A DNA stretch of 64,000 nucleotides from Tubiluchus corallicola (lineage: Eukaryota > Animalia > Priapulida). Both the position numbers and the translations under genes were made by a program. The DNA lies in contig JAQGDQ010000365.1 in NCBI GenBank assembly GCA_030141605.1, positions 36,505 to 100,504 of the forward strand, written 5' to 3'. The notes beneath the pieces were generated by a model. It worked only from the letters and a program-made list of their open reading frames with translations. It had not been told where the DNA came from and did not search any database. Of the stretch, positions 1 to 10,015 are shown piece after piece. Numbering within the stretch: position 1 is the first letter of the stretch; each line of letters starts with the position of its first letter.

Positions 1-1080
1 ACAGAACAGGGAACCGTAGTTGATAACTATGTATTGGCCAATACCGGGAATAGTGATGGTTATATTGAAAAACAGCAGTTCGGTAGTACCCCTACCCAGT
101 CTGATACAGTTTTTTCTTATGTGGATGGCTCGGAGAAATATGAGATAAATAATTACTATGATCCCGAAGATGTAAGCTATGTTTCACGTATCAATCGTTT
201 CTACGATCCATATTATTACGACCCATATTGGAACTTATACTCATATCCACATTACGGTTTTTCGTGGAGTATGAGTTGGGGATATTCTAGCTACTACTAC
301 GGGTGTGGATACCCTGGCTATGGATGGGGCTACCCGTACCACTATTCGTATTACTACCCCTATTACGGATACGGATGGGGTCATCACTACTACCCTCATT
401 ATCATTATCCTCATTATTCATCCTACAACACCTATTATGGGAAAAATAATTATAGGGGTAGCTCGGTCTCTTCCCGTAAGGTAGGCAGTAGCAGTAGTAG
501 CACCTATGTTGGAAGCCAGTCTGGAGTGCGGAGCAGTCGTACAGTCTCTGGTACCTCTTCATCTACCTCATCTACCTCATCTACCTCATCTACCAGGAGG
601 AGTGTTACTCCCTCTGCACAAAATAAGCCTGCTACAACGGAAAATCAGAGTGTAAGCACCAGGAGTGGAGTGGCTTATAGAAACCTTAACCGCTCAGGTA
701 GCTCTTCTTCTTCCTCTTCTTCCTCTGGTAGCACCAGGAGTAAAACTGGGGAGTACTACACTCCCAGTTATTCAAAGCCAAGAACAAATACACGGGCAAC
801 ATATAATAGTTCATCACAGCAGGGTAACTATTCCCGCTCCTCTTCATCATCATCAAGAAGCTATGGCACCAAAAATAGCAGTTCTTCCAGTCGTACAAGC
901 AGCACATATAAGCGTCGTTCCAGTTCAAGTACAAATAACAGCTATAGTAATTCTTCTTCAAATAGCAGAAGTACTTACAGGTCGGCTCCAAGCAGCAGTT
1001 CGTCAAGCAGCCCAAGAAGTTCAAGTAGCTCAGGACGTTCTTCAGGTAGTAGCGGCAGCAGTAGTGGTCGCACAAGGTAA
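1..1080 (+). CDS. Hypothetical protein (5' truncated) with Tyr/Gly/His-rich segment and Ser/Arg-rich disordered tail
   Basis: Frame is open from base 1 through ORF 34..1080; this architecture commonly precedes OmpP1/FadL genes in Bacteroidota. Confidence 0.8.
   Translation, partial: TEQGTVVDNYVLANTGNSDGYIEKQQFGSTPTQSDTVFSYVDGSEKYEINNYYDPEDVSYVSRINRFYDPYYYDPYWNLYSYPHYGFSWSMSWGYSSYYYGCGYPGYGWGYPYHYSYYYPYYGYGWGHHYYPHYHYPHYSSYNTYYGKNNYRGSSVSSRKVGSSSSSTYVGSQSGVRSSRTVSGTSSSTSSTSSTSSTRRSVTPSAQNKPATTENQSVSTRSGVAYRNLNRSGSSSSSSSSSGSTRSKTGEYYTPSYSKPRTNTRATYNSSSQQGNYSRSSSSSSRSYGTKNSSSSSRTSSTYKRRSSSSTNNSYSNSSSNSRSTYRSAPSSSSSSSPRSSSSSGRSSGSSGSSSGRTR
559..594 (+). repeat. Perfect tandem repeat (TCATCTACC)x4 encoding (SST)4
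   Basis: Read directly at 559, 568, 577, 586. Confidence 0.9.
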
Positions 1081-1162
1081 TCTACATATAATATTCACTA
1101 AATATGTAGTGATTGAGTAAATTGTATTAAACTTAAAAATTACGACAAATAAAAATACTAGA

Positions 1163-2698
1163 ATGATGAAAAGAGTTTTCTTCGTATTAGCAGTTCTGAT
1201 CGGAATAGCAGCATCTTCGCATGCTCAATATGTAGACCAGGCACTGACTTTATCCCAGCACTATTATGGTTCAACTGCACGCTCAAAAGCTATGGGGAGC
1301 GCGTTTGGCGCACTTGGAGGAGATATATCTTCACTAAGTATCAACCCTGCCGGAATTGCTGTGTATCAGAATTCAGAGTTTGGCTTCACACTAACGGGAT
1401 TACGCCTGAACGTGACAGATGCGTTATACCAGAAAACCACAGTTGATGATTCAAAATATAATTTTAATATTAGAAATTTTGGATATATAGGATCGTATCA
1501 TTATGATAAACAGGAGAGCAGTGTAGTTTCTTATAGTTTTGGGTTTGGGATGAATCGCCTTAATAATTTTCATCAGAATATTATTGTAAATTCTCCCAAC
1601 TCGCCCCATTCATACATAGATGCATTTGTAGAAACCACAAATGGAATACCATCTAGCAGCTTAACCAGCGAAGATGCATTTAATATTGGGATACCGTGGG
1701 TTAGTAAGCTGGCATGGGAAAATTATCTGATTGATGTTCGAAATCCCGACAGCGAGGGAAATGGCGATCAATATGTAACATCTCTTCTTGCTGAAGGCGA
1801 GTCTATTAATCAAACACGAGCAATAAGAAAAGCAGGCTACCTTAATGAATATTTTCTTTCTTTAGGTGCAAATTTTAATCATAAAGTTTATTTTGGAGCA
1901 ACATTTGGTATTCAGGACCTTTTTTTTACAGAGTCCTCGACCCATAGGGAAAGCGCTGATTTTGGGTCATTTGACTACTATAACTACACAAGATTATCAG
2001 GAGTGGGGCTTAATTTAAAGTTAGGTCTGATATTACGCCCTATACAGTACTTGAGAGTTGGCTTTTCATTTCATACTCCCACATTTTATGATATAAATGA
2101 GAGCTATGATGCAGCTATGAGTTCAACGCATACATCTTCTCCCGACCCTGAAGATGGCCAGACAAAATTCTACACCAGCACTCCATACGGAGAGTATAAT
2201 TTTGGACTGGATTCTCCCTACAGGCTTGTTGCCAGTGGGGCGTACCAGTTTGACAAAAAGGGTATGGTATCTGTAGATTATGAGTATGTAGACTATAGTA
2301 AAGCCAAGCTTAGCCATAAGGGAAGCAGTAGTGATAATTTTATACAAGAAAATAATGAGATACGCAGTAAGTACCGGGGTTCAAATATTGTACGGGTTGG
2401 TGGTGAATACTGGCTCACAGGCTATGCGGGGATTCGCGCAGGATATGAATATTACAGCAACCCTTACGAAGAAGAGATGAATGGGTATTATCAACCTAAT
2501 GCCAATTATAAAAATTCAGCTTACACAGGTGGGCTCGGCTTTCGGTTTGCTAACAATTCATATTTTGATATTGCTTACAGCCTGTCTTCCCAAACCGAGT
2601 ATTCATTTATGTACCAGCTTAATGATGTCAGTGTGGAGCCTGTACAGTTTGATTCAAATGTTCACGAGTTGATTTTTACTTTAGGGTTCCGCTTTTAG
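1163..2698 (+). CDS. OmpP1/FadL family outer-membrane transporter
   Basis: Signal peptide, STARSKAMGSAFGALGGD and NPAG motifs, C-terminal LGFRF barrel signature. Confidence 0.8.
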   Translation: MMKRVFFVLAVLIGIAASSHAQYVDQALTLSQHYYGSTARSKAMGSAFGALGGDISSLSINPAGIAVYQNSEFGFTLTGLRLNVTDALYQKTTVDDSKYNFNIRNFGYIGSYHYDKQESSVVSYSFGFGMNRLNNFHQNIIVNSPNSPHSYIDAFVETTNGIPSSSLTSEDAFNIGIPWVSKLAWENYLIDVRNPDSEGNGDQYVTSLLAEGESINQTRAIRKAGYLNEYFLSLGANFNHKVYFGATFGIQDLFFTESSTHRESADFGSFDYYNYTRLSGVGLNLKLGLILRPIQYLRVGFSFHTPTFYDINESYDAAMSSTHTSSPDPEDGQTKFYTSTPYGEYNFGLDSPYRLVASGAYQFDKKGMVSVDYEYVDYSKAKLSHKGSSSDNFIQENNEIRSKYRGSNIVRVGGEYWLTGYAGIRAGYEYYSNPYEEEMNGYYQPNANYKNSAYTGGLGFRFANNSYFDIAYSLSSQTEYSFMYQLNDVSVEPVQFDSNVHELIFTLGFRF

Positions 2699-2717
2699 AT
2701 GATGTGGTGTGTATCTG

Positions 2718-3989
2718 CTATATGATCATACCTGCTCCCACAGTATTATTGGTCGCCTCATCTATTAAGATAAGGCTGCCCGTAATACGATTTACGGAGT
2801 ATGAATCATAGAATATAGGTTTGGTTGTTTTAATTTTTATTCTCGCTATATCGTTCATCTTTACACTATTATTGTCAAAATCATTTTCCAGTGTATTGAT
2901 GTTTACTTTATGCACTACATCTGTAATAATACACTTAAGGGCATTTGAGGTGTGTTTCAATGAATATTTTCCATGCAGTGCCATAGGTTCTTGTCCCAGC
3001 CAGCAGATCATTATTTCCATCTCCTGTCCCATTTTGGGTTGATTTGTTGCATCAACAATCATAGAGCCACGACTAATATCTATATCATCTTCAAGGCATA
3101 TAGTTGCTGATTGCGGAGGGAAAGCTTTGTCTATGCCGGGGTATGCAAAATCAATTCTTGATATTTTGGACTTTAATCCTGATGGCAATACCGCCACCTC
3201 TTGTCCTACTGTAAATGTTCCTCCCCCTACACGGCCTGCATAACCTCTGTAATCATGAAATTCGTTCGATCCGGGGCGAATGATATATTGTACAGGGAAG
3301 CGGAGGTCTTTTAAGTTGTGATCGTGTACTATCGACATGTTTTCAAGCAGGCTTAAGAGGGTTTCCCCGCTATACCACGGTGTATTTGCAGACCTGTCAA
3401 CGACATTATCACCATTTTTTGCACTTACCGGAATAAAATGGACTTCATGACTCCCCAGTTTTTTTGCAACATTGGTAAAGTCCGACTTTATTTTTTCGTA
3501 AACTTCCTGACTAAACCCTACCAGGTCCATCTTGTTAATGCATACTACCACATGGGGTATCTGGAGTAGTGCAGCAATGTATGCGTGCCGGCGTGTTTGC
3601 TCAATGATACCATTTCTTGCATCGACAAGGATTACCGCGGCATTTGATGTGGAAGCTCCTGTTACCATGTTGCGTGTATACTGAACATGCCCCGGAGTGT
3701 CGGCTATAATAAACTTCCGCTTTGGTGTGGCAAAATAGCGATATGCTACATCTATGGTGATACCCTGCTCTCTTTCGGCACGCAGCCCATCGGTAAGAAG
3801 CGCTAAGTTAACCCCATCGTCACCATTTTTAACACTGGCTCTCTCAACAGCTTCCATCTGGTCCTCAAAGATAGCTTTACTATCATATAATAGTCTGCCT
3901 ATAAGTGTACTTTTGCCATTATCCACACTACCTGCGGTAGTAAATCGCAAAAGATCCATATCAAGGTAACCATTCTTTTTGCTTGGCAT
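2718..3989 (-). CDS. cysN: Sulfate adenylyltransferase subunit 1 (GTPase)
   Basis: GSVDNGKST, REQGITID, DTPGH, NKMD motifs. Confidence 0.95.
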   Translation of the reverse strand: MPSKKNGYLDMDLLRFTTAGSVDNGKSTLIGRLLYDSKAIFEDQMEAVERASVKNGDDGVNLALLTDGLRAEREQGITIDVAYRYFATPKRKFIIADTPGHVQYTRNMVTGASTSNAAVILVDARNGIIEQTRRHAYIAALLQIPHVVVCINKMDLVGFSQEVYEKIKSDFTNVAKKLGSHEVHFIPVSAKNGDNVVDRSANTPWYSGETLLSLLENMSIVHDHNLKDLRFPVQYIIRPGSNEFHDYRGYAGRVGGGTFTVGQEVAVLPSGLKSKISRIDFAYPGIDKAFPPQSATICLEDDIDISRGSMIVDATNQPKMGQEMEIMICWLGQEPMALHGKYSLKHTSNALKCIITDVVHKVNINTLENDFDNNSVKMNDIARIKIKTTKPIFYDSYSVNRITGSLILIDEATNNTVGAGMII

Positions 3990-4016
3990 ATCTACAATTG
4001 CATTATTTTAAACCTA

Positions 4017-4922
4017 CTAAAAATAGCCCTCTTTTTTCCTGTCCTCCATTGCTGATTCAGATCGCTTATCATCAGCGCGTCCCCCGCGCTCGGTTACGCG
4101 TGTTGAAGCAACTTCCTGTATAATATCCTCCAGTGTATTTGCTTTTGACAATGTAACACCTGTACAGGTGATATCGCCTATGGTACGGCATCTTACGTTT
4201 TTTTCTTCAGTTTTTTCACCTGGCTTCAGTTTCATAAATGGTGCCATTGCCAACCAAGTACCATCACGCTTAAATACCTTCCTTTTATGCGTAAAGTAAA
4301 GATTTGGTATTTTAATACTTTCAAGTAGAATATACTGCCACACATCCATCTCTGTCCAGTTACTAATTGGGAAAACCCTGAAATGCTCCCCAACGTGCTT
4401 CTTTCCGTTAAAAAGATTCCATAGCTCAGGGCGTTGGTTCTTGGGGTCCCACTGACCAAATTCATCACGATGGGAGAAAAAACGCTCTTTAGATCTTGCC
4501 TTTTCTTCATCTCGACGCCCCCCACCCATTGCACAATCAAATTTTAACTGTCCTATTGAGTCGAGAAGAGTTGTGGTTTGTAACAGGTTGCGACTGGCAT
4601 CAAGGCCTGTCTCTTCAGCAACTCTTCCCTTGTCAATACTGTCTTGAACGTAACGTACTATCATGCGAGCACCCGTAGTGTGCGCAAGTTCATCTCTGAA
4701 CTTAATAGTTTCATCGAAGTTGTGGCCTGTATCTATGTGCATCAGGGGGAAAGGCACTTTACCAGGGTAAAATGCTTTTTTTGCTAAATGGAACATAACA
4801 ATAGAGTCTTTCCCTCCGGAAAATAACATAACAGGTTTTTCAAACTGAGCTACAACTTCTCGTAATACAAATATTGATTCTGCTTCAAGCTCCCGTAAAT
4901 GATTGACTGTATATCGTTCCAT
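4017..4922 (-). CDS. cysD: Sulfate adenylyltransferase subunit 2
   Basis: FSGGKDS, RRDEEKARSKER, WDPKNQRPELW, C-terminal MEDRKKEGYF. Confidence 0.95.
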   Translation of the reverse strand: MERYTVNHLRELEAESIFVLREVVAQFEKPVMLFSGGKDSIVMFHLAKKAFYPGKVPFPLMHIDTGHNFDETIKFRDELAHTTGARMIVRYVQDSIDKGRVAEETGLDASRNLLQTTTLLDSIGQLKFDCAMGGGRRDEEKARSKERFFSHRDEFGQWDPKNQRPELWNLFNGKKHVGEHFRVFPISNWTEMDVWQYILLESIKIPNLYFTHKRKVFKRDGTWLAMAPFMKLKPGEKTEEKNVRCRTIGDITCTGVTLSKANTLEDIIQEVASTRVTERGGRADDKRSESAMEDRKKEGYF

Positions 4923-4977
4923 TACAATAAATAGTTTGTCAAGCCTGCTATTCTATACAAGGATTTAGACATAACAT

Positions 4978-5117
4978 GAGACTTTTGCAAAACTCATTTT
5001 TTTCATTAAATACTTTCGTTAAAGCTCTTTTCAAAATCCTCACTTGAGCTAGCAAACCGTGAATTTTATAGAACTCTCTCTCAACCTAAGCCAAAATTTT
5101 CGTCTTGCAAAGACCTA
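4978..5117 (+). mobile_element. MITE copy, long form, perfect 5-bp TSD AACAT
   Basis: Ends GAGACTTTTGCAA and TTGCAAAGACCTA; AACAT at 4973-4977 and 5118-5122. Confidence 0.85.
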
Positions 5118-5390
5118 AACATATAAATAAAATATGCAGTAGGACACAAAAATATACAATATAAAATAAGGACAAAAATATAGGGAGACAATTAGTCGTT
5201 ATGACATTATTAGGCCGGGCTCTACGCTGTTTGGCAAATTTTACCTGTGTGATTTTTTTGCAAAATAGATCTTCATTTTATAATAAATTGCGGTGTGGTT
5301 GCCCGCTTTTTATATACTAAGATCTTCTTAGAACTCTCGGGTTAGTGTATTTACTATCATTAAGCTACCTTTGTGCAAATAGTTTGAACT

Positions 5391-6107
5391 ATGGGTAGTA
5401 TATATTTAATTCCTGCTCCTATCGGGGATGGAACGGAGGAGTGTGTTCTGTCCTCGCCAATAAGTAGCATCGTAAGCAATATTCGCTTTTTTATAGTTGA
5501 AAACGTGCGCACTGCAAGGCGTTACCTTAAAAGGCTTAACAAGAGTATTGATATTGATAGCCTCAGCTTTGTAGAGTTGAATAAGTCTACTGACTATACA
5601 GATACAGAATCATTTCTTGCTCCTGCTCTGGAGGGGAAAGATATTGGAGTTATTTCAGAAGCCGGTTGTCCCGGAGTTGCTGATCCGGGAGCGGAGATTG
5701 TGAAGCTAGCCCATACATTAAATATCAGGGTCATACCTTTGGTGGGGCCTTCCTCTATCCTTCTTGCTCTGATGGCTTCGGGGATGAATGGGCAAAATTT
5801 TGCGTTTATTGGTTACCTCCCCATAAAAAAGCAGAGCCGCATAAAGTCAATACAGAGTGTTGAAAAAAGATCTTTTTTGGAAAACCAGACTCAGGTGTTT
5901 ATTGAGACACCTTACAGAAATATGAACATGCTCAAAGATTTGCTGGCGACCTGTAATTGCAATACTCTTCTGTGCATAGCCTGCGATATAACTATGAAAA
6001 CAGAATATATTAAAACAAAAACTGTTAAGGAGTGGAAGAATGCGTTACCTGACATTCACAAGCGTCCAACCATTTTTTTGTTGCAAAGGCCTCACATAAT
6101 GCATTAA
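5391..6107 (+). CDS. RsmI-like SAM-dependent (tetrapyrrole methylase family) methyltransferase
   Basis: SEAGCPGVADPG, VGPSSILLALMASG, FIETPYRN. Confidence 0.85.
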   Translation: MGSIYLIPAPIGDGTEECVLSSPISSIVSNIRFFIVENVRTARRYLKRLNKSIDIDSLSFVELNKSTDYTDTESFLAPALEGKDIGVISEAGCPGVADPGAEIVKLAHTLNIRVIPLVGPSSILLALMASGMNGQNFAFIGYLPIKKQSRIKSIQSVEKRSFLENQTQVFIETPYRNMNMLKDLLATCNCNTLLCIACDITMKTEYIKTKTVKEWKNALPDIHKRPTIFLLQRPHIMH

Positions 6108-6146
6108 AAATATTCAGGTTTTATGTGTGAGGCGGCGTACCCTCTT

Positions 6147-8264
6147 TTATTGCATAATCAGCTCCATCTCATCAAGCAGATACCCCGCGCCGGCAAATTT
6201 ATCTATAATAAATAGTGCATAGCGTATATCTATCATGATATTGCGGCAGCGTTCCGGGTCAAACATGATATCACTCATTGTCCCCTCCCAACAGCGATCA
6301 AAGTTAACCCCTATCAGGGCTCCCTCCGCATTAATTATCGGGCTTCCTGAATTGCCTCCCGTGGTGTGGTTCGAAGCTGTAAAGCATACAGGCATAGTTC
6401 CATCGGCATTTTTGTATATTCCATAATCCTTATTATAGAAAAGTTTTCTCAGTTTTTCCGGCACGTCATAATCATAAATGTTGGGGTTATCTTTTTCCAT
6501 TATGCCCTCAAGGGTAGTATAATGGATATACCTCACTCCGTCGCGCGGAAAGTATCCTTCTACTTTGCCATAGCCTACACGTAATGTAAGGTTTGCATCA
6601 GCCATTATCATCTTTTCGCTATTCATTTCAAGGATAGCTTTCATGTAAAGTTTCTGATTTTCGCTTATTCGTTCGCGAAGCTTTCTAGTATTTGCTGACA
6701 CAGTGGCGGTGAAATGATCTTGTAATGAGACATATAGGCTAAGCATGGGATCCTTGTCCAGCTTCTTCAACTGCTTGTCACTAAAGTTGTCAAGCAGCTG
6801 GTATAGCTTATTCTCATCTGTCAATATAGATTTTCTATAGTACTTTTGCACAAACTTGCCGGAGTTTATATCCTTCATTATTTGTGAGGACCCAGCAGGC
6901 AGGAAATCAGCAGAAAGCTCCGTAAGATACTTGCCAAGTAAACTTTCACAAACCTTTTCATCAACAGCCTGGCTGTAATCTTTAAAATAGTTTTTAATGT
7001 ATTTTTTCAGATTATCAATATTTGATAATGAGCGCATTCTGGATGCCAGTGTAAAAATATCCGTGCCTCGGCCTACGATCTCGGTATAATAGTCGTTAGC
7101 GCTTAAGTATTTACTGTACTCTTTATATAACTTCTCGAAGTTGTCCAGTATGTGAGAGTACTTCTCTTTTCGTGAGTTATTTGCGTTCACCCACTCTGTA
7201 AAAGCTTTCTCCTCCTCTTGTTTGACCTCTATTGCCTTTAGTCTTTTCAGCCCTTTTATTTCACCTTGCCATTTTTTCCACGCATTTGAGGTTCTCGCAT
7301 ACTTAGAGGCATATTGAATTCGTACTTTTCTGTCTGCCTCCATCTCCTTCGAAAGAATATTGAGTTTTGCTGTGCGTATCGCTATTTTCTCAGGGTTACT
7401 CTGTTTCATAATGAGCTCTACAGCCTGAGAAGGCAGATACTGCTGTGTTGTTCCGGGGTATCCGAAAATCATAGTAAAGTCACCTTCTTCTACTCCCTTC
7501 ATAGAGATAGGGAAGTATTTGCGGGGAGTATATGGCACATTGTCCGGAGAGTATGGTGCAGGCTTATTGTCCTTATCGGCATAAATCCTAAAAATGGCAA
7601 AGTCGCCTGTATGGCGCGGCCACATCCAGTTGTCAGTATCACCCCCAAATTTACCTATTGCCGATGGAGGAGCACCAACGAGTCTCACATCTTTAAACTC
7701 TTCATAGATGTATACAAAATACTGATTGCCGTAAAAAAGAGGTTTTACAGTTGATATATAGTGTGTCCCTTCTACTGATTGCTCTTCAACTGCTTTGATA
7801 TTTTGATGGATAAGGTCTTTTTTCACCTCCTTGTCCATATCATCGGTAGTGCCTTTAAATATTTGCTCCGTAACATCCTCCATCCTGATAAGAAATCTGA
7901 CTTTAAGGTTCTCATTAGAGAGCTCTTCCTCACGACTCATGGCCCAAAAACCGTCAGTCAGGTAGTCATTATTTATTGAGCTGTGTGATTGTATTGCTTC
8001 ATATCCGCAGTGGTGGTTGGTGATCATTAACCCTTCAGGTGATATAACTTCGCCGGTGCAACCTCCTGCAAACAGAACTACTGCATCCTTAAGGCTTGCA
8101 TTATTGATACTGTAAACGTCTTCTGCAGAAAGCTTGAACCCCATTTGCTGCATCTCCTCAATATTGTATTTATTTAGTAGGGTTGGTATCCACATCCCCT
8201 TTTTTGCAGCTACCTGCAGTATAGAGAAGCAGAAAAAAATCAATATTAAAAAGGCTCTTTTCAT
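6147..8264 (-). CDS. S46 family dipeptidyl peptidase (DPP11-like)
   Basis: GMWIP N-terminus, TNHHCG, DNWMWPRHTGDF, TGGNSGSP, GVNFDRCWEG. Confidence 0.9.
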   Translation of the reverse strand: MKRAFLILIFFCFSILQVAAKKGMWIPTLLNKYNIEEMQQMGFKLSAEDVYSINNASLKDAVVLFAGGCTGEVISPEGLMITNHHCGYEAIQSHSSINNDYLTDGFWAMSREEELSNENLKVRFLIRMEDVTEQIFKGTTDDMDKEVKKDLIHQNIKAVEEQSVEGTHYISTVKPLFYGNQYFVYIYEEFKDVRLVGAPPSAIGKFGGDTDNWMWPRHTGDFAIFRIYADKDNKPAPYSPDNVPYTPRKYFPISMKGVEEGDFTMIFGYPGTTQQYLPSQAVELIMKQSNPEKIAIRTAKLNILSKEMEADRKVRIQYASKYARTSNAWKKWQGEIKGLKRLKAIEVKQEEEKAFTEWVNANNSRKEKYSHILDNFEKLYKEYSKYLSANDYYTEIVGRGTDIFTLASRMRSLSNIDNLKKYIKNYFKDYSQAVDEKVCESLLGKYLTELSADFLPAGSSQIMKDINSGKFVQKYYRKSILTDENKLYQLLDNFSDKQLKKLDKDPMLSLYVSLQDHFTATVSANTRKLRERISENQKLYMKAILEMNSEKMIMADANLTLRVGYGKVEGYFPRDGVRYIHYTTLEGIMEKDNPNIYDYDVPEKLRKLFYNKDYGIYKNADGTMPVCFTASNHTTGGNSGSPIINAEGALIGVNFDRCWEGTMSDIMFDPERCRNIMIDIRYALFIIDKFAGAGYLLDEMELIMQ

Positions 8265-8339
8265 AAAAATGCGGATTTAAGGTTATAATTAAATTAATTC
8301 AGGGATGTTGTTAATTACGTTAATTGAATATTAGCCAGA

Positions 8340-8347
8340 CAAAGATA
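8340..8347 (-). promoter_or_regulatory. Bacteroidota sigmaA -7 element (TAtcTTTG) upstream of the S46 peptidase
   Basis: CAAAGATA on + strand, 76 bp upstream of the start codon. Confidence 0.55.
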
Positions 8348-8355
8348 TAAATTAT

Positions 8356-8460
8356 GAGACCTTTACAAAATTTATCTTTTGTTAATATTTTCGTCAAAAT
8401 CCTCATTTACATTGGTAAATTGTGGATTTTCACCGTACTCCCCCTTAACTTGAGCCAAAA
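8356..8460 (+). mobile_element. MITE copy, short form, right end eroded
   Basis: GAGACCTTTACAAAA left end, GTCAAAATCCTCATTT core, TGAGCCAAAA. Confidence 0.8.
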
Positions 8461-8565
8461 CTGGACCTTATTATTCTGTACATTGATTAATCATAAATGT
8501 TTATGGGTTACTTTTAATGGTATTCAGTGTAAGCCTTAGCTACGCTTTTGTAGTCTAATTTTTTG

Positions 8566-8712
8566 TAGTCCTTGCAAAACACATTTTTTTATTAACTATT
8601 TTTGTCAGAATTATCTTTAAAACCCTTGTTTATGCTAGTGGACTGTGATTTTTTATCATGATATGCCGTTTTTTATAGTTTGCATAGGGTGTCATCTTAA
8701 TGTCCTGTAAAA
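8566..8712 (+). mobile_element. Degenerate MITE copy, long form
   Basis: GTCCTTGCAAAAC...TTTGTCAGAATTATCTTTAAAACCCTTG...GACTGTGATTTT. Confidence 0.6.
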
Positions 8713-8726
8713 ATAATTTAATGTGT

Positions 8727-9986
8727 ATGAATAACTTCAAACTTAATACAATAGAGGAAGCTATTAAGGATGTTCGCGAGGGCAGATTCATTATAGTGGT
8801 TGACGATAAGGATCGCGAAAATGAAGGGGATTTTATTGCTGCGGCTGAAAAAATCACTCCTGAGATGGTTAATTTTATGGCTAAAGAGGGGAGGGGGCTG
8901 ATGTGTGTCCCTTTGACAGAAGATAGGTGTGAGGAGCTTGAGCTAAAAATGATGACGGATGAGAATACTTCGCTACATGAAACCCCTTTCACTGTTTCGG
9001 TTGATGCTGTGGGGAGTGATGTTTCAACCGGTATATCTGCTCACGACCGCGCTGTTACGATAAGGAAGCTTGCAGACCCTGATACGAAGCCTGAAGAGTT
9101 GGGGCGTCCAGGCCATATATTTCCCCTCAGGGCCAGGTCGAGAGGAGTATTACGCCGTGCGGGACATACAGAAGCGGCAGTTGATATTTCTAGGCTTGCG
9201 GGGTTAAACCCTGTCGCGGTGCTTATTGAGATAATGAACTCTGACGGAACGATGGCCAGGTTACCTGAGTTAATAAGAATAGCTGAGAAGTTTGATTTAA
9301 AAATAATAAGTATTGCAGATCTGATTGCGTACAGGCTAAAGACAGAGAGCCTTATTGAGCGAGGGGAAGAGGTTCAGCTTCCCACTTCACATGGAAATTT
9401 CAAGTTGATACCTTTTCTTCAGAAATCTACGGGTGTGGAGCACATGGCTCTAATAAAGGGAGAGTGGAGCAGCGATGAAGCGGTTTTGGTACGTGTACAC
9501 TCTTCATGTGCAACTGGCGATATATTTGGCTCTATGCGATGTGAATGTGGTGAGCAGCTGCGTAAAGCGATGGAGCTTATAGAGGAGAAGGGTAAAGGTG
9601 TGATTGTGTACATGCAGCAGGAAGGGCGTGGGATTGGACTGATGAATAAAATAAAGGCATACAAACTACAGGAAGAGGGGTTAGATACGGTGGAGGCAAA
9701 TGTACACCTTGGGTTTGAGCCTGATGAAAGGGATTATGGGGTTGGTGCTCAGATTTTATGCAGCCTGGGGGTAAAGAAGATGCAACTCCTGACAAATAAC
9801 CCTGTAAAGCGTGTTGGGCTTGAGGGATATGGATTGCATATTGAGGGTTCAATACCTATTGAGGTGCAACCCAATGTGTTTAATAAGTTTTATATGAAAA
9901 CCAAGCGCGACAAAATGGGGCACTCTCTCGAAAGTTTTAAGTACAATGAGAAAAGTAACCCCAAGCCGGATATTAAATCTGACTGA
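8727..9986 (+). CDS. ribBA: Bifunctional DHBP synthase / GTP cyclohydrolase II
   Basis: [48 protein letters not shown]; start placed at MNNF because upstream ATGs lie in or next to the MITE. Confidence 0.95.
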   Translation: MNNFKLNTIEEAIKDVREGRFIIVVDDKDRENEGDFIAAAEKITPEMVNFMAKEGRGLMCVPLTEDRCEELELKMMTDENTSLHETPFTVSVDAVGSDVSTGISAHDRAVTIRKLADPDTKPEELGRPGHIFPLRARSRGVLRRAGHTEAAVDISRLAGLNPVAVLIEIMNSDGTMARLPELIRIAEKFDLKIISIADLIAYRLKTESLIERGEEVQLPTSHGNFKLIPFLQKSTGVEHMALIKGEWSSDEAVLVRVHSSCATGDIFGSMRCECGEQLRKAMELIEEKGKGVIVYMQQEGRGIGLMNKIKAYKLQEEGLDTVEANVHLGFEPDERDYGVGAQILCSLGVKKMQLLTNNPVKRVGLEGYGLHIEGSIPIEVQPNVFNKFYMKTKRDKMGHSLESFKYNEKSNPKPDIKSD

Positions 9987-10015
9987 CCTTTAGTTCTCTG
10001 AAAGCAAGTCAATAA

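Noticed and set aside
665-1120. Alternative-frame and antisense ORFs overlapping real genes throughout the track
   Set aside because: Shadow ORFs with no motifs, fully overlapping well-supported genes.
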